A DNA stretch of 64,000 bases from positions 71,052,001 through 71,116,000 of the forward strand of contig CM060731.1 in the NCBI GenBank assembly GCA_030704615.1, written 5' to 3'. Origin of the DNA: Takakia lepidozioides (Eukaryota; Plantae; Bryophyta). Position numbers and translations under genes: made by a program. Below are positions 51,737 to 64,000 of the stretch, piece by piece (position 1 is the first letter of the stretch; every line of letters starts with the position of its first letter). Under the pieces are notes generated by a model. The model worked only from the letters and a program-made list of their open reading frames with translations, searched no databases and was not told the origin of the DNA.

Positions 51737-54700
51737 GAGAAATGAAATGAAATGAAATGAGATGGTGCTTTATAACAGCTGCGGAAAGCTCATAGAGCTT
51801 ATGGGACAAAATGGAAGAAAACACGAGAGAGGAAACAAAAACTAGAGCCAAAGATAAAAACTATTGTTCAAGTGATTGTCTTAGGGTGAGTGCCTCGTGC
51901 ATGTAAGCTGCCAAGCATTTCTGATCTTCATAGTGGAAGACTTCAGTGAGAGATTGGGTTCCACGAAATAGACAGTGGAATCTCCGACGGATCTCATAGT
52001 ATAGAGGGCAATAGAAGAAGAAATGTTCTTCAGTTTCAATTTCCTGATTGCGCCCTGTGCAAGCTGGACATAGGCGGTCCTCCCGCTGTAGGTTTTCCCA
52101 CATTGGGGCGGTTCAGGGTGCGCTCCCACAACCTACGGATAGAGACTGGCAGGCTCTGGCCACAAGCCCCTTGGGGGGAAGGGCATGTAACCTATGCAGA
52201 AAAATTGTAAGCCGGAAGAGGGCCTCAGTTTGCAGTGGCACGCATGCGAATTCTGCACTCAGATGTGAAATGGAGTTGTGCCTCTAGCGCCAAGCATTGC
52301 TTGGAGAAAAGATGACTGCAATGGTTCTAGATTCTTTTCCCACCGGGAAACCGGGACAGCAGGTGCCCAAAATTCACAACCCAAAGTGGCAGCCGGGGTG
52401 ACACCGCTGTCAAACAGCCACTTTTTGGTTGGGGGATGGTGCAGATGTATCTGTTTGCATTTGGCCTGAAGGCAGATGGAGGCAGCCTTGCCTTTTGTCA
52501 ATCTGTCCAGGGCAGTTGCTGCAAACTAGAATTTGGGGGAGTGGATAACCAGACCCAGATACCAATACGATTTGACAATCTGAACCTCCTTATTGTTGAG
52601 GAAGAATCTGCGGTCGGCCTGGCCATTGAAAACCATGATCTTGGTTTTGGTAAGGTTGACCTACAGCCCATAGTCTTTGGAGAACTGTTCCAGGATGTGG
52701 AGATGACGTTGCCGGGAGACATGAGATTGTGCCAAGAGGGCAACATCATCAGCGTAGAGGAGATCCGATTGTGTTGGTCCTCCATCCAATGGCACCCCAA
52801 CTCCATGGTTTTTTGAGATGTAAAACTCCAAGGCGTCAATGTAGATTCCGAACAGGGTAGGGGAGAGGGGGCAACCCTGCTATGGACCTCTACTGAGGAT
52901 TCCCCTGCGACATTGACCATACCAGTGACGATCTAATACATGGAGGAAATGGCATAAAGAATGTCATGAGGGACTCCCACCCTATGGAGCTGTTGGAAAA
53001 GGTCACGAGGAACCGAATCAAAAGCCTTGTGAAAGTCAACGAAGCAGACATAAACCAGTTTTTTGTCAAAGCTAGCACGTTCCACCATAACTTGAAGAGT
53101 GAAAATGTGGTCAAGAGTGGATCTGTTGCGACGGAAACTAGCTTGTCCCTTTGTGACAGGATTCAGCCCAATCCTCCAACTCCATGGCCACTACTGCCCC
53201 AAACAATTTAGCCAGTAAGAGATGGAAGGAAATGCAAAGGAAAGGCAAGAGTGATCAGAATCCGGGTACCTCGTAATGTAAAAAGAGCTAACTCTATCAA
53301 TTTGTTGGGGCTCCCCAAGAGATAGTCAACCACGCTCTGTCCCTTGTACATATGGCAGGTGAACTAACTGGACGACTTGAAAACGGTCGTGCCATTGTAA
53401 ATGCAAACCCCTGAATCTCGCAAAACTTAAGTAGATGGTGACCATAGCTTGTGATTTTGTGAGAGACGTCTGGACTTTGCCTCTCCAAGGTCACATGTGA
53501 GTGTTGGATGCACGTAGAGGGTCCGTGGGGTCGAAGATAGGAGCCTGTAAAGAACCTGTACATACGGGCGTTGAAATTGCCAACCAAGAATATGTCTGTG
53601 TGTGGGGTACGGAGACGGGATATATCCTCTTCCAATGGAACATACGGTGAGTCTGTTCGCATGTGGAGGCCACTGTGTGGAGATGCAGCCGGGGCAAAGT
53701 AACATCCCACCAGTTGAATGTTTGGTTGGGGATTGTAGCTTTTGAGGTGACACCAAATGTACCTTGCCAATGGGTCTTTGTATGGGAAGGAGATATGTGG
53801 GAGAAGCCAGTCAGCAAAGTAACAAGCTACTCCACCAGAGCCTTTGAGTCCTATGCGTGGACAAGTCACTGACTGAAAACTATATCCGAGAATAGATGGA
53901 GGGTCCTTGCCCTCGTATGCATGTGTATCAAAGAGAAAAAGAATATCACACTTGGAGAGGATATTGAGAAGTCCTTGAGGATGGCTCCACAAAGAGCCGT
54001 TGCAGTTCCATGAGCCTACGTTTAAATGCGAGCATATGTTGGTCTCATGGGGCCCCTACCCCTATTTAGAGTTAGAGGGGGCGACGCTCCTATTCTCGAA
54101 TGATAACTTTGTCATCTCGGTACACCGCGTAGTGTCCTTGTGCCCGAGCCTATTTGACCTACGCGGGCCATTGAAGATCTTGCAGCCCTGTGGGTTTCTA
54201 GCTCTTTAGAAAGAGTTTCCACCTATTGGTGGATACTTGCCCTTGAAGTGTCATTCTCTGTGAGGGCTCTCACCTCCCCTTCCAATTTAGAGAGACGTGC
54301 AATTGTTGTTTTGGCATTGAGCTATTTCAAGAAGCCCTCCAGAAGGGAAGCTCACAAGCCGACGACCTCCACCCGCAGATTCTCTAAATCTTGTCCCGGG
54401 CTGCACACAACTTTTCCATTTCCCTGTTTTTGACTACGAGCAACGTCTCGAAGTCTTTATTATGTGTTGCGAGCGACTGCTGCAGCACCTCCTCTGAGAT
54501 GCAACCGTTGTTTGCAAAGAAACAACTTGGTCTCGTAGGATTTGGATATCTACACTCCTAGTGGAATATTGGCACAGGGGAGCATGTTGAGAGCTCGGGC
54601 CAGGAAGAAGAAGTAGAGGAGAATCAGGGTCAGGCGAGGGTGAGGCTGAGACCCCATCTTCGTTGATAGTCCTTTGTCTTTTTGGAAGACATGGTGGAGC

Positions 54701-54850
54701 GGGTGCTGGGGCAATGGCGCGCTGACGTGCTAACGCGCGCGCCGAAGAGAGAAATAAAGCGAAGAGGAGAAGCGAGAGCAGAAGAGAAAGAAGAGGGTGA
54801 GGGTGAAGAAATAATGCTGGGAATGTTGAACCTGTCGGCCACATCGAGAG
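51737..54850 (-). mobile_element. Non-LTR retrotransposon (LINE) with APE endonuclease, RT and C-terminal CCHC; decayed
   Basis: GGVACY / LVGNFNAR / VVDY endonuclease (53297-53992); FVDFHKAFDSV, QGCPLSP, YADD RT (~52500-53110); RLCPAC...ETEEHFFFYCP; (CATTT)n 3' tail. Confidence 0.85.
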
Positions 54851-55604
54851 AGAGAGATAGAATAGAGATGAAATGAAATGGTATTTTATAACAACCGCGG
54901 GAAGCTCAAAGAGCTTATGGGACAAGAGGAAGAAAGAAAGAGGGACCACAAACAGCCCAACAACAACTAAGGCTCAAGAAGAAATAAGAAAAGAGCTTCA
55001 TGACAACCACAGAAAGCCCAAATAGCATATGGGAGAAACACAGCAGACACGGAGAGGATGGAGGTTGTTTTATAAGGCTTTGACCGTTGAGGTGTCGCCA
55101 GAGACCTGGTCAGAGCCAAAGCTGGGGAAGAAGGGGGTCAAACACGGAATCCACTTTGTCGTGCGCATACATATCGCTACACAACAACATCGTTGTCCAA
55201 AACCACACAACACATGTGCACGCCACACACTAGTATATCACTAGTCCACCACTAGTCCAACCACTAGTCCAACCACTAGGCTACAACTAGTCAGTCATTA
55301 GGCTGCCACTATGCTGCCCACTATGGCAGTCACTAGTCCACACAATCGCCCCCCTAACTGGTACTTAGGTCCCTCTAAGTCCAGGTAGCCACAAGATGTG
55401 ATAGTGACCATAGCCTCACTAAGTCCTCCACCACTATCCCTACTACACTCAAATTCCATAGATCAAAAGGCCGGGTGCAAGAGTTGCCCCATCGTTAGTC
55501 GCCGTCTTGCAACCTGTGAACTTGAGCTTGGGATATTATATATTGACTCCTATGAGTTTGGCCTCCCATGTCTTGTTAGCTGCCTCCAGTCATGTCCACT
55601 GCCA

Positions 55605-57179
55605 CTATCCCAAGCAATGTGGACACAACCAATTTCCGTCAGGAACCTTCTCAAGAGGTGGAGTCAAGCATCCCATATGCCAACCCCTTGAGCATCGATC
55701 ACACACCAGCATGGTGGCTGCCCCTTTGGCAGACCCACAGAGCATGCACCTCAAACCTGCAGGTACCACTGCCAAGTTTGGGTCAATTCTGCCATCGACA
55801 TTGGGAAGGTGACATGACGCACAATTACGCACATGGTCCTTCCAAGTCATGCCATCCCGACCCTCCAAGATCAGGACCCATGAGGGCAACACCTCTCGAA
55901 CCCTCAGAATAACACGCCCTGCAGTAACATCCAGAGTCGTAGGAGCAGTCTGCTGCAAATAAACATAGTCACCAGGGCTAAACCTCTGAACCCCAGAACA
56001 ATATCCTCCACCACGTATAGTGGCATACCTCAACGTATCACGGTGTTGTGCAATGGCAAGGTTCTCAAAAGCCATGGGCATGACTTTCTTGAACAACTCT
56101 GCACGCTGATCACATGCACGTACCCGCACGTCCGGATCATCAAGGTTAAGGACTTGAGCAGTGTCCCTACAAATGGCTGCAGGCAAATCCGGCTCTCGGC
56201 CAAAGAGAAGGAAATATGGTGAGAAAGAGGTAAGTGATGCAAATTTGCTGAACCTATAGCCCATGGCTAGCCAAGGTACCTGAAGATCCCAATCTCCTAG
56301 GTGTCTTTTTTGCAAGCCATACTTGCGCAAACCCCTCTTCACCGTTTGCACCACTCTTTCTGCCAAGCCATCGGCCTCAGGATGATCCCGAGAAGTGGTA
56401 CGGTGGTCTATCAAGGCTTTATTACACAAAGCCTGAAACTCCCCCAAGAACTCTCTCCCTTGGTCCGTGAGTACCTCAGCTAGAGCACCGAATCGGCTAA
56501 GCACACGATCCAGGAATGCAGCCCCCTCACTAGCCTTGTCAGGCAACGGAACCAACTCAATCCACTTGGAGAAGTGCTCCACCATCACTAACACATATCT
56601 GTGGTGATGCATCGTCAGCGGCAAAGGCCCTGCGAAGTCAAGACTCCACCTGTAGCCCAATCCCATGATGGATAAAGAATGCAACTGTGGTGTAGGGGCG
56701 TTGAATGAAGCACACACCCTGTCACACACCATGCACCTAGCCACAAACTGTTGCACCTCTGTGTGCATATCACGCCACCAATACTGCCCTTGCAGTAAAC
56801 TATGAGTGTGTCGCATTCCAAAATGCCCCAACTCCTCATGGGCATGCCGCACTAACCGTGCACGCTGTGTTAGGTGAGGCACGATCTTCACCCGACCATC
56901 CTCCCACACTCGAAGCAGGTGTATCCCCTCCCACTTGAACCTCTTGGCTCGTTGTAGGATCCGATCCCTCTCCTTGGCAGTCACACTAGCTGCCGTGTCT
57001 CCAGTGTGGAGGTAGTCCAACACAACCGAATCCTCATGTATATCTCTGGCACCACCTGGCTCATCACTAGCCTCAGGGTCCTCAGACACTCCGTCTACAG
57101 TCATCCCTATTGTAGGTCCAACCCGACCTCCCGATGCCAAGATACACAAAAAGGCAGATGCATGCCATCCCGGCACCAT
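55605..57179 (-). CDS. Integrase (H2C2 + DDE) with C-terminal PHD finger
   Basis: HEELGH...CMVC; WSLDFAG, LTDQGREF, AERVVQ; CMLC...LVCDRCSRGWHMGCLTPPL...WLCPHC (C4HC3). Confidence 0.9.
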   Translation of the reverse strand: MVPGWHASAFLCILASGGRVGPTIGMTVDGVSEDPEASDEPGGARDIHEDSVVLDYLHTGDTAASVTAKERDRILQRAKRFKWEGIHLLRVWEDGRVKIVPHLTQRARLVRHAHEELGHFGMRHTHSLLQGQYWWRDMHTEVQQFVARCMVCDRVCASFNAPTPQLHSLSIMGLGYRWSLDFAGPLPLTMHHHRYVLVMVEHFSKWIELVPLPDKASEGAAFLDRVLSRFGALAEVLTDQGREFLGEFQALCNKALIDHRTTSRDHPEADGLAERVVQTVKRGLRKYGLQKRHLGDWDLQVPWLAMGYRFSKFASLTSFSPYFLLFGREPDLPAAICRDTAQVLNLDDPDVRVRACDQRAELFKKVMPMAFENLAIAQHRDTLRYATIRGGGYCSGVQRFSPGDYVYLQQTAPTTLDVTAGRVILRVREVLPSWVLILEGRDGMTWKDHVRNCASCHLPNVDGRIDPNLAVVPAGLRCMLCGSAKGAATMLVCDRCSRGWHMGCLTPPLEKVPDGNWLCPHCLG

Positions 57180-57795
57180 CTCCTCGTTCGTTTCACCATG
57201 TCACCGAGCTCCAGTGTCATCCTGCTGGCTCGTGTATGGATTGCGACTCAATCCATCCGCATCCCTATTGACCAAACCCGGTCGATGCACAACCTGAACA
57301 TGTCTCTCATGCTCCTCCACAGTAGTACGAGAGGCAAAGCAATTCCTGTAAGCCTCAGGAACCGCCGTATACGTCGTCTCTCTCCTCTAGTGACAATAGG
57401 TCCAATGTCAGGCTCCCAATTGCCCTTCGTAAGTGCAACCTTAAGTCCAGCAGACTTAGAGATAGAGGACACGTCCCGTGATTGCTATGCCGCAACCTCT
57501 TGAGCAGTACTCCCTGCCTGCTCAGTCAATGACAAGGCCTCATCCTACCCCATCATCTCATCCTTGAGGACCTCCTCAACCCGAGAAGAATCCCCAACCT
57601 CATCCATCACAGCCGCCTTGGCTGTCAACTCCCTCTGAACCTCGAGCACCTCCCACGTGTGCCATGGATGTCTACACCCTGTGGTCCTCACCGGCTCGCC
57701 CCCACTCACTGCCTGTCCGTCTCGGTAGGCAGAGAGACCGTCAAGGGAAGTGCACTCCGCACTCTTCGTTGCTCAGCCATAGCCAAGCTGATAAT

Positions 57796-58769
57796 CTAGG
57801 TCAAGCAATTTAGATCCATTGCTTGCCCCAACACCTGACGACGTGATGCCTCAGAAATAGAAGGCACCGTCGTGGTCCCAGTGGAAAAACCCATAGCCCG
57901 CTCTTGCTCATCGGCATTAGGCTCCACTAATTGCTGCAACTGAGCATCCCACAGGAGGCCAGGTCCATTATCCCGGAAAACATGCGATCCTGGGAAGTTG
58001 AGCAGTGTAGGTAGTGCTGCTCGTGGTTGACCCACCTTGTTGACCACTGCCAAAGGCGAACGGTCATCGTGTCTCACATGCTGAGACTGCCTCCCTGTGT
58101 CCAAAATGCTATCCATTGTGAGGTGTGTTTGCCGCTGCACCCCATCAAATGCACGCTTAAGCAGTGCGGGTGGCATCAAGTTAGTCCACCATAACCGTGG
58201 ACCCCATGACCCCACTGTAGCTGCATCCAACAACACTGCTGACCCAAGCCACGACCGGACTTGATGCACATAACCCTGGCCCGAGAATCGCCCATCAGTG
58301 GCACATTCTCCAAGATGTATGTTGGAGATACAGCCTGATGAAGTTGTAAGTGGCGCAAAACCCGCACCATCTCCCAAAACAGACCCGACCTCGAGTCTCA
58401 CAATCCTTTGTCATGCCCGGCTGATGAATACCCTTGGCAGGGCCAACCTGCCACTACCAAATCAATGAAGCCAACCCGCTCCAAATCATGCGTCCCCAGC
58501 AAAGAGATGTCTGCTGGCAAGGCCTGCTGATATCCACGAACCGTAGACACCGGCAACAACTCAAGGTACCGCTGCACCAACTGAGCAACATGGCGAAGTG
58601 AAATGCGTCGTGCAATCTCATCCCTCTCCACATACAGGTAACGCCGAACTCGTAAACCTGCCTGTAACACAACAGCCAATCCGGTGCTGATCCCGCCAAA
58701 CAAGTCCAGAAGACAAATGCCTTCATCCGGATACTGCCACACAATAGGTGTGGTGTCCAATGGAGACAA
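57796..58769 (-). pseudogene. Retrotransposon-encoded C5 DNA methyltransferase domain (one stop, one frameshift)
   Basis: LDLFGGI (motif I), YVE (II), AGWPCQG (IV), ILENV (VI), PRLWWTN (VIII), ERAMGF (IX), LGQAM (X). Confidence 0.9.
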
Positions 58770-58970
58770 CTAAGGTGGTCCTGGTGCAATCCCCGCACTC
58801 TCCTCCTCTCCTGATGGTACAAAAGCGTCCACCCAGGCTTGTTGCACCCGTCGATTAGCAACCCGCTGCAAATCCTTGCTCGTGCCCCACAATGGAGTCT
58901 GAGCAACCATGGCAGGCAACTCCGCCATACCATACATGTCTTTATGCTCTCCCGGAGGTGGCACATCCTC

Positions 58971-59570
58971 TTAATGAGCGTTGCCCTCAAGCAACTCTCC
59001 AGGCCAACTCACTGCCGTTGTGAATGCTGCTAGTGTCGGCATCTTGCCCCGCTGGGCAACCGCAACTCCTCCTATGAATGTCACATGGAGCTGCACACGC
59101 CGGCCCTCCCCTGACTGCCATCCAGGCCTATAGGAAGCTGACTCTTCCCAAAAATCCAGGGTGAAGCCCATGGGGTACAACACTGCCCCACCAACCATGA
59201 CATCGTACGAGACCGTGTCTATCACAATGGCCTTGGCTCGCATCACTGAGCCATCTGTAAGGTGATCCGGCCGTAGTCTGATAGCCAACTCACGCCATGT
59301 CATGCCCTGAGCCTGCTCCGATCCTCCCAGAGACGTCTGTATCTGGAAAGGACAAGGCTCCATATCCGCCTCCGTGAGGCCCAAGCCTGCAATAGCAGCT
59401 CTGCCCAGCATCAATGGCTGAGCTCCCGAGTCCAACAAGCCCCGCAGTGGCCGGTACCTCTTGCCTGCCGGTCCACTCAAACAGAAAATGTCATCCTGGT
59501 TGTCTAACATGATAATTCCAGGTGTCACCATGGCGCGCTCAATGGTTGGCCTAGCTGGCAGCTCCATCAA
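58971..59570 (-). CDS. Retrotransposon aspartic protease
   Basis: LLDSGAQP and YDVMVG motifs. Confidence 0.8.
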   Translation of the reverse strand: MMELPARPTIERAMVTPGIIMLDNQDDIFCLSGPAGKRYRPLRGLLDSGAQPLMLGRAAIAGLGLTEADMEPCPFQIQTSLGGSEQAQGMTWRELAIRLRPDHLTDGSVMRAKAIVIDTVSYDVMVGGAVLYPMGFTLDFWEESASYRPGWQSGEGRRVQLHVTFIGGVAVAQRGKMPTLAAFTTAVSWPGELLEGNAH

Positions 59571-61200
59571 CCTGGCAGCTGCAGCTTGTCATGGCGCCGC
59601 CGTGGTAGTCTTGACCCTCAAATCCGAGGATCCCTCCGGACTCCACCTTCACTAGTGGTAGTGCTGCTCCGCACATGAATCCCATGCCTCCCATATCTCC
59701 TCCCTCAGGAGCAGGAGGTGGACCATCCGGCCTTGGAGCCGGTACCACCTGAGCTGTAGCCATGGCAGCGAGCCTCTGCTCTAGCTGCTGAAGCCGGTTG
59801 GCCATGCCTTGGTCAACACCCTGACCTCCGCATCCTTGGCCATGTTGAGCTTGCCCTTGGCCTGCACCTCGTGTCTGGCCACCTCGTCCTCTCTGGGCTG
59901 CTCCACCTCGCCCCCGGCCACCATTGTTCCCTTGGAACTGGCCTGGGCGCAACTCAGGATGCAAACCATAACACTGGGCCTCTCCATGCCCGTGCTTGCT
60001 ACAATGCCCACACCGCAACTGTGCAGGCTGTGCATGTGCCGGCCCTTTGTCTCCCTCTGGGCAATCCTTTTTGACATGGGGTCCTCCACATATCCAGCAC
60101 ACCACATCCGCCTGTTGTTGGCCAGCAAATGAAGGGAGAGACCCCTGCATCTGAGGTCCTCTCTGCCATTCCCTGAGCTTCACCTGAGCCCCCTTGTTGC
60201 CTTGAGCACGTTGAGGTAGTGGTTGGCTAGGAGCACCACTACCCCGTGGTGTCTCCTTAGCAAATCCCACCATGACCACTCGTTCCTCCACCATGTTGAG
60301 CTCTATCCGCTCTGCCAGCAAAAACACATTTGCTAAGGTGGGTTGGGCCGCTTGTAGGAGAGTTGCATCCCGCACCCTTCTCCTCAGCTCTTTATCCAAT
60401 ATCCCATACCAGAATTGGACTGCCTAAGCTTCCGTAACCCCTTGGGTTACATTTATCAAGCGCCTCATGCGAGTGAAAGCCTCCCTCAAGCTCTCGGTCG
60501 ACTTCCGTTGGAACTCTTGCAAGCTCCGCAACTTCTCTGTCCTCACCCCTTGGTAGTTCCCTCTCAACTCTTCGAAGAACTCCATAACAGGGTTGAAGGC
60601 AGGCACGGGTACTAGTGCTGGTGCGGTAGTGGCTTGGGTGGACGTCGTAGCTACTGTACCACCAGTCCCACTAGTCTCATTGCTGCTTGCTGAAGCTGCA
60701 GGTGTAGCCACTGCCCTTGTGGCTCTAGTGCCCCTAGTGATGGAGTCATAGTCGGGTGACCAATACATCCTCCACTCCTCGATCTCAACCTCATGCCCCC
60801 GCCTGAACTCATGGTAATAATCCATAGGCGGCCCCCCAAGGTGCTGAAACAGCCCTTTCCATGCCATGAAAGGCGTAAATAGTTGTGGATTGCGCATTTG
60901 CTGCAAATCACACCAACTATCAAACTCTTGGATAAAATCATCCAACTCGATGGTGCCCACTGCCCTAGAGTACCTTCGTGGCCCCTTGGTAGCTCCATAG
61001 ATCTCCTCCATTGTGTCCCACAACAATGGCAAGGAAACAACTTGCACCGCCGGTGTGAGTCCTCCTGATTCACAATCCGAATCAGAACCTTCCGTAGAAG
61101 ACACGGGAGGTGAAGGTGGCCTAAACCGCACACCTCGTCTCGTGTACCCACTAGTATCGCTAGTGCTCAAACCGGCACTGTCCCCAACAACTAGTGGCAC
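59551..61200 (-). pseudogene. Gag with two zinc knuckles, interrupted
   Basis: FQRKSTESLREAF gag motif; CWICGGPHVKKDC and CGHCSKHGHGEAQC. Confidence 0.8.
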
Positions 61201-61774
61201 CTCCGTGTTGACAAACTGTCACTCAACCGGTCATGAACATGTCCATAACCCCCTCTCCACAAGGTAACTGGGTAGAGAACCTGTTGCGGCTTATGGTTTG
61301 GAATACTAGGTTCCTAACATAGCCTACACCTGCACCTGCATCCACCGCAAGCACTCCTATGGTTGGCTGGTCATCACCTCCAACCTCACCACAGGAGAAA
61401 CAATAATATGGCGCACAGTCAAGCATGCAGGTATGGAGGGGATACAAACACAAGAAATCAGAACGACAACTCCCCCATACCAAAAACAACTCCACGGTGT
61501 TGCTCCTGTAAGGATACCCCAGCCCAAACCCGGACTGACTCTTGCCTCCACCTACAGAAAGGTCTTGGCCTAATAAGAGGGTGGAAAACTACGAGGAAGA
61601 GAAGCTAAAGCAATGCCTAACCCCAGTATGCCCTCATCCCAACACTATTTTTCTCCTCTCTTCCCTCACTTGCATGACCATGGAAATATCATGAAGATAC
61701 TCCTCAAACCGCCCTCCACGAGCTTCATAATTCGTCCTTCAAAATTTGTCCAGCACAGGCCCACACAGATCACT

Positions 61775-62105
61775 GGTCACAGCCGTCACAACCCCAAAAG
61801 CCACAGGTCATAGCCTGTCACAGCCCTACACAGGTCACAGGGTCACAGCCCCACAGGCCACAGCTTGTCACAGCCCGTTACATCCCCAAAGGCCACATAT
61901 CACAACCTGTCACAACCCCCAAGGCCACAGGTCACAGCCTATCACAGCCCATCACAACCCTAAAGGCCACAGGCACAACCTGTCACAGCCCGTCACAGCC
62001 CCACAGGCCACAGGCCACAGTCTGTCACAGCCCCTCATAGCCCGTCACAGCCCCACAGGCCACAGGGCACAGCCTGTCACAGCCCGCCACAGCCCCTCAC
62101 AGCCC
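61775..62105 (+). repeat. CACAGCC/CACAGG degenerate minisatellite in the retroelement leader
   Basis: Direct reading. Confidence 0.75.
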
Positions 62106-64000
62106 CATCCATGGCCACTCATGGCAGTTCAGCCATTTCTCCAAGGGGTTTAGCCACGCCAAGCTAGGGTTTGTGTCTCTTGGACTCTAGGCTTCTTTGC
62201 ACCGAACTATGGCGGCTGTGAAGAAATCAGCAAGATATTCTTGCTCTTTCGGCTCCCACACACCACCAATAGTAGCCCTAAGCCATGAGGAAGATGGTTG
62301 CCACAAACCAAGCCTTCTTTCTCACTTAGACTCCCCAAACACGCCACTAAACTCAATGGCAAACAACCAAGCCTTGCTGGTTTCCAGCCCTTGTGAGCAC
62401 TCATTCAAGCGTTTTCCTTGGCCATATCATCTGTTTTAGAGCCTATTCCAGCCCCCTACATCTGCCACTTCAAGAGCCATGCTCTATCTAGGCTTGAGGT
62501 TGAAACCCCAACTAAGAACACGCTCTACAAGTGTCGGACTGTCACATAAGAGCAGATCAGCCCCTTACCTTCTCTTCTAGTTCTCTGAAGCTTGAAAACA
62601 AAAGCCCAATGGACTGAAGGCATGTTCCACACATGCCCCACTCTCACCACAAGAGAATCAGCCCCTTTGCTTCCTTTCTTGCACCCACCAACCTAAAAAT
62701 ACAAGCTTCAGCGGGTTGGAAGCATACTCCACACATGCCCTACAGGGAAACCAGCCCCTTCTTTCCTTTCTTGCACTCCCAAACTTAAAAATTCAGCTTG
62801 GATGGAACGATACAAAAATTGCACCGCCGGGTCATGTGGTGCACTGTAAAGTTTTAAGGGCAAGGGTCTCCATACTTTTATAGGTATGATTGGGTACTAT
62901 TTGAAAAATATTGACAAACCTGAATTTCAGTTTGTGCACCCCAATGTCAGTTCCGAACAGATATAACATGGATTGGATAAATACATCAAATATGGTTCTT
63001 CATCCATCAAAAATCGAGTCAGTTTGACACACCATAACACGTTGGAACGCGCATATATGTGGTCGAAGCACAAAATGAGAATACACCATAGTACCGCATT
63101 GCCAAGTATATTGTTTAGTATGTTAAAATCTAGTCAATTATATCCTACAGCGTCTTGGGTGGTTCCATTTAAGAACAGTGGAATGGATTGTAACAGAGCC
63201 GAATCTATTTGGAAAGCCATGGTCAACTGCATCCTCTGCAAATGGTTGATGTCGCACATATTTTCTTTGAATTTGGAACACCTAATTCGCGTCTTCGTGA
63301 GTTGTATTGTGCTCAGGTGCAGACAAAGCTATTCCTCTGCCAGAATTCTCTCATTCTACAGCTTCAACACACATTCGTCTTACTCTGATGGACACGTTAT
63401 TTGCCAAACAGATTTGGTACATTCTGGTCCCTCCTCAAAGCCGCCACAACAAGCATACATTTTACATATATGCTTCAGTATTGTACAATATAGCTGTATT
63501 CTGTTGTATTTCTTGTATGGGTCATGGTGTACAAAGCATCATCAAATAGCCCTCCTTCACTCTTCTTAGATGGACATAACCTTACCTTCTCGAAACTGTT
63601 GTCCCTGGAGCTATACAAGAGAGTAACAACTAATACATTCAGATAACTACATATTGAGCCTATGAAGCCTTCCAGAAGAGAGATCCTGTTAGGGAGTTTA
63701 GGCGTAAGTTATATGGTCTCAATGGTGGAGATACACAATAGATAACTAGTTAAGCACTACCCTCTTTCACAAGATAATTACACAATGACACTCATGCATT
63801 AAAAGTTCCAATACTAGCAGATTAAATCATGGAGGACTCACTCTTTGAAAGTAAATAGAAGATATGCAGAGTGTAAAGAAGAAGCGAGTATTTTGAGTAC
63901 TCTAGTATATTCAGTCAATGTGCACACATGCAGGCGATGAACCAAAATACAAATCAAACTTGCATTGGTGAACAACCAGTGGCGCATCCATTCAACCCTT

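Larger units (their letters stand above)
55344..62200 (-). mobile_element. Ty3/Gypsy retrotransposon carrying a C5-cytosine methyltransferase and a PHD finger; RT and RNase H deleted; LTR pair not resolved
   Basis: Order gag-PR-DNMT-(RT/RH remnants)-INT-PHD; PPT-like aggggggcga before TGTGTGG at ~55344-55356 (minus strand). Confidence 0.85.

Noticed and set aside
55000-62900. Matching LTR pair for the DNMT-Gypsy element
   Set aside because: A PPT-like tract suggests an LTR below 55344, but no corresponding repeat was found near 62-63 kb
62973-63569. 198-aa ORF as a gene
   Set aside because: Non-ATG start, no recognisable domain, AT-rich intron-like context; small exons cannot be excluded

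Overview
Repeat-rich eukaryotic DNA, most likely from a non-seed land plant. That assignment is an inference from GT-AG introns, CCCTAAA telo-boxes, a plant RLCK-type kinase and a chromovirus LTR element. Only one clear host gene is present: a 4-exon receptor-like cytoplasmic pseudokinase at 48.5-50.9 kb. The rest is nested, mostly decayed transposons. The main finding is a set of related elements at about 1-15 kb, 25-31 kb and 34-36 kb. They carry an intron-containing gene that fuses a ParB/Srx-like domain (DGNHRL) to a bacterial/phage-type beta-class (N4C/N6A) DNA methyltransferase fold. In the 1-15 kb copies this gene sits divergently from a Mutator-like transposase. Each family carries its own palindrome built on a shared CG-N4-CG core, found as helically phased arrays upstream of the gene and/or as single copies in its introns. 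This suggests a transposon-encoded ParB/parS-like self-recognition and DNA-marking system (hypothesis; all copies here are pseudogenised). The window also holds a Ty3/Gypsy element encoding a C5 cytosine methyltransferase plus a PHD finger, a probably self-priming chromovirus with a micro-inverted LTR, a LINE, hAT elements, MITEs and tRNA-derived SINEs. All calls come from reading the sequence by eye; no searches were run.
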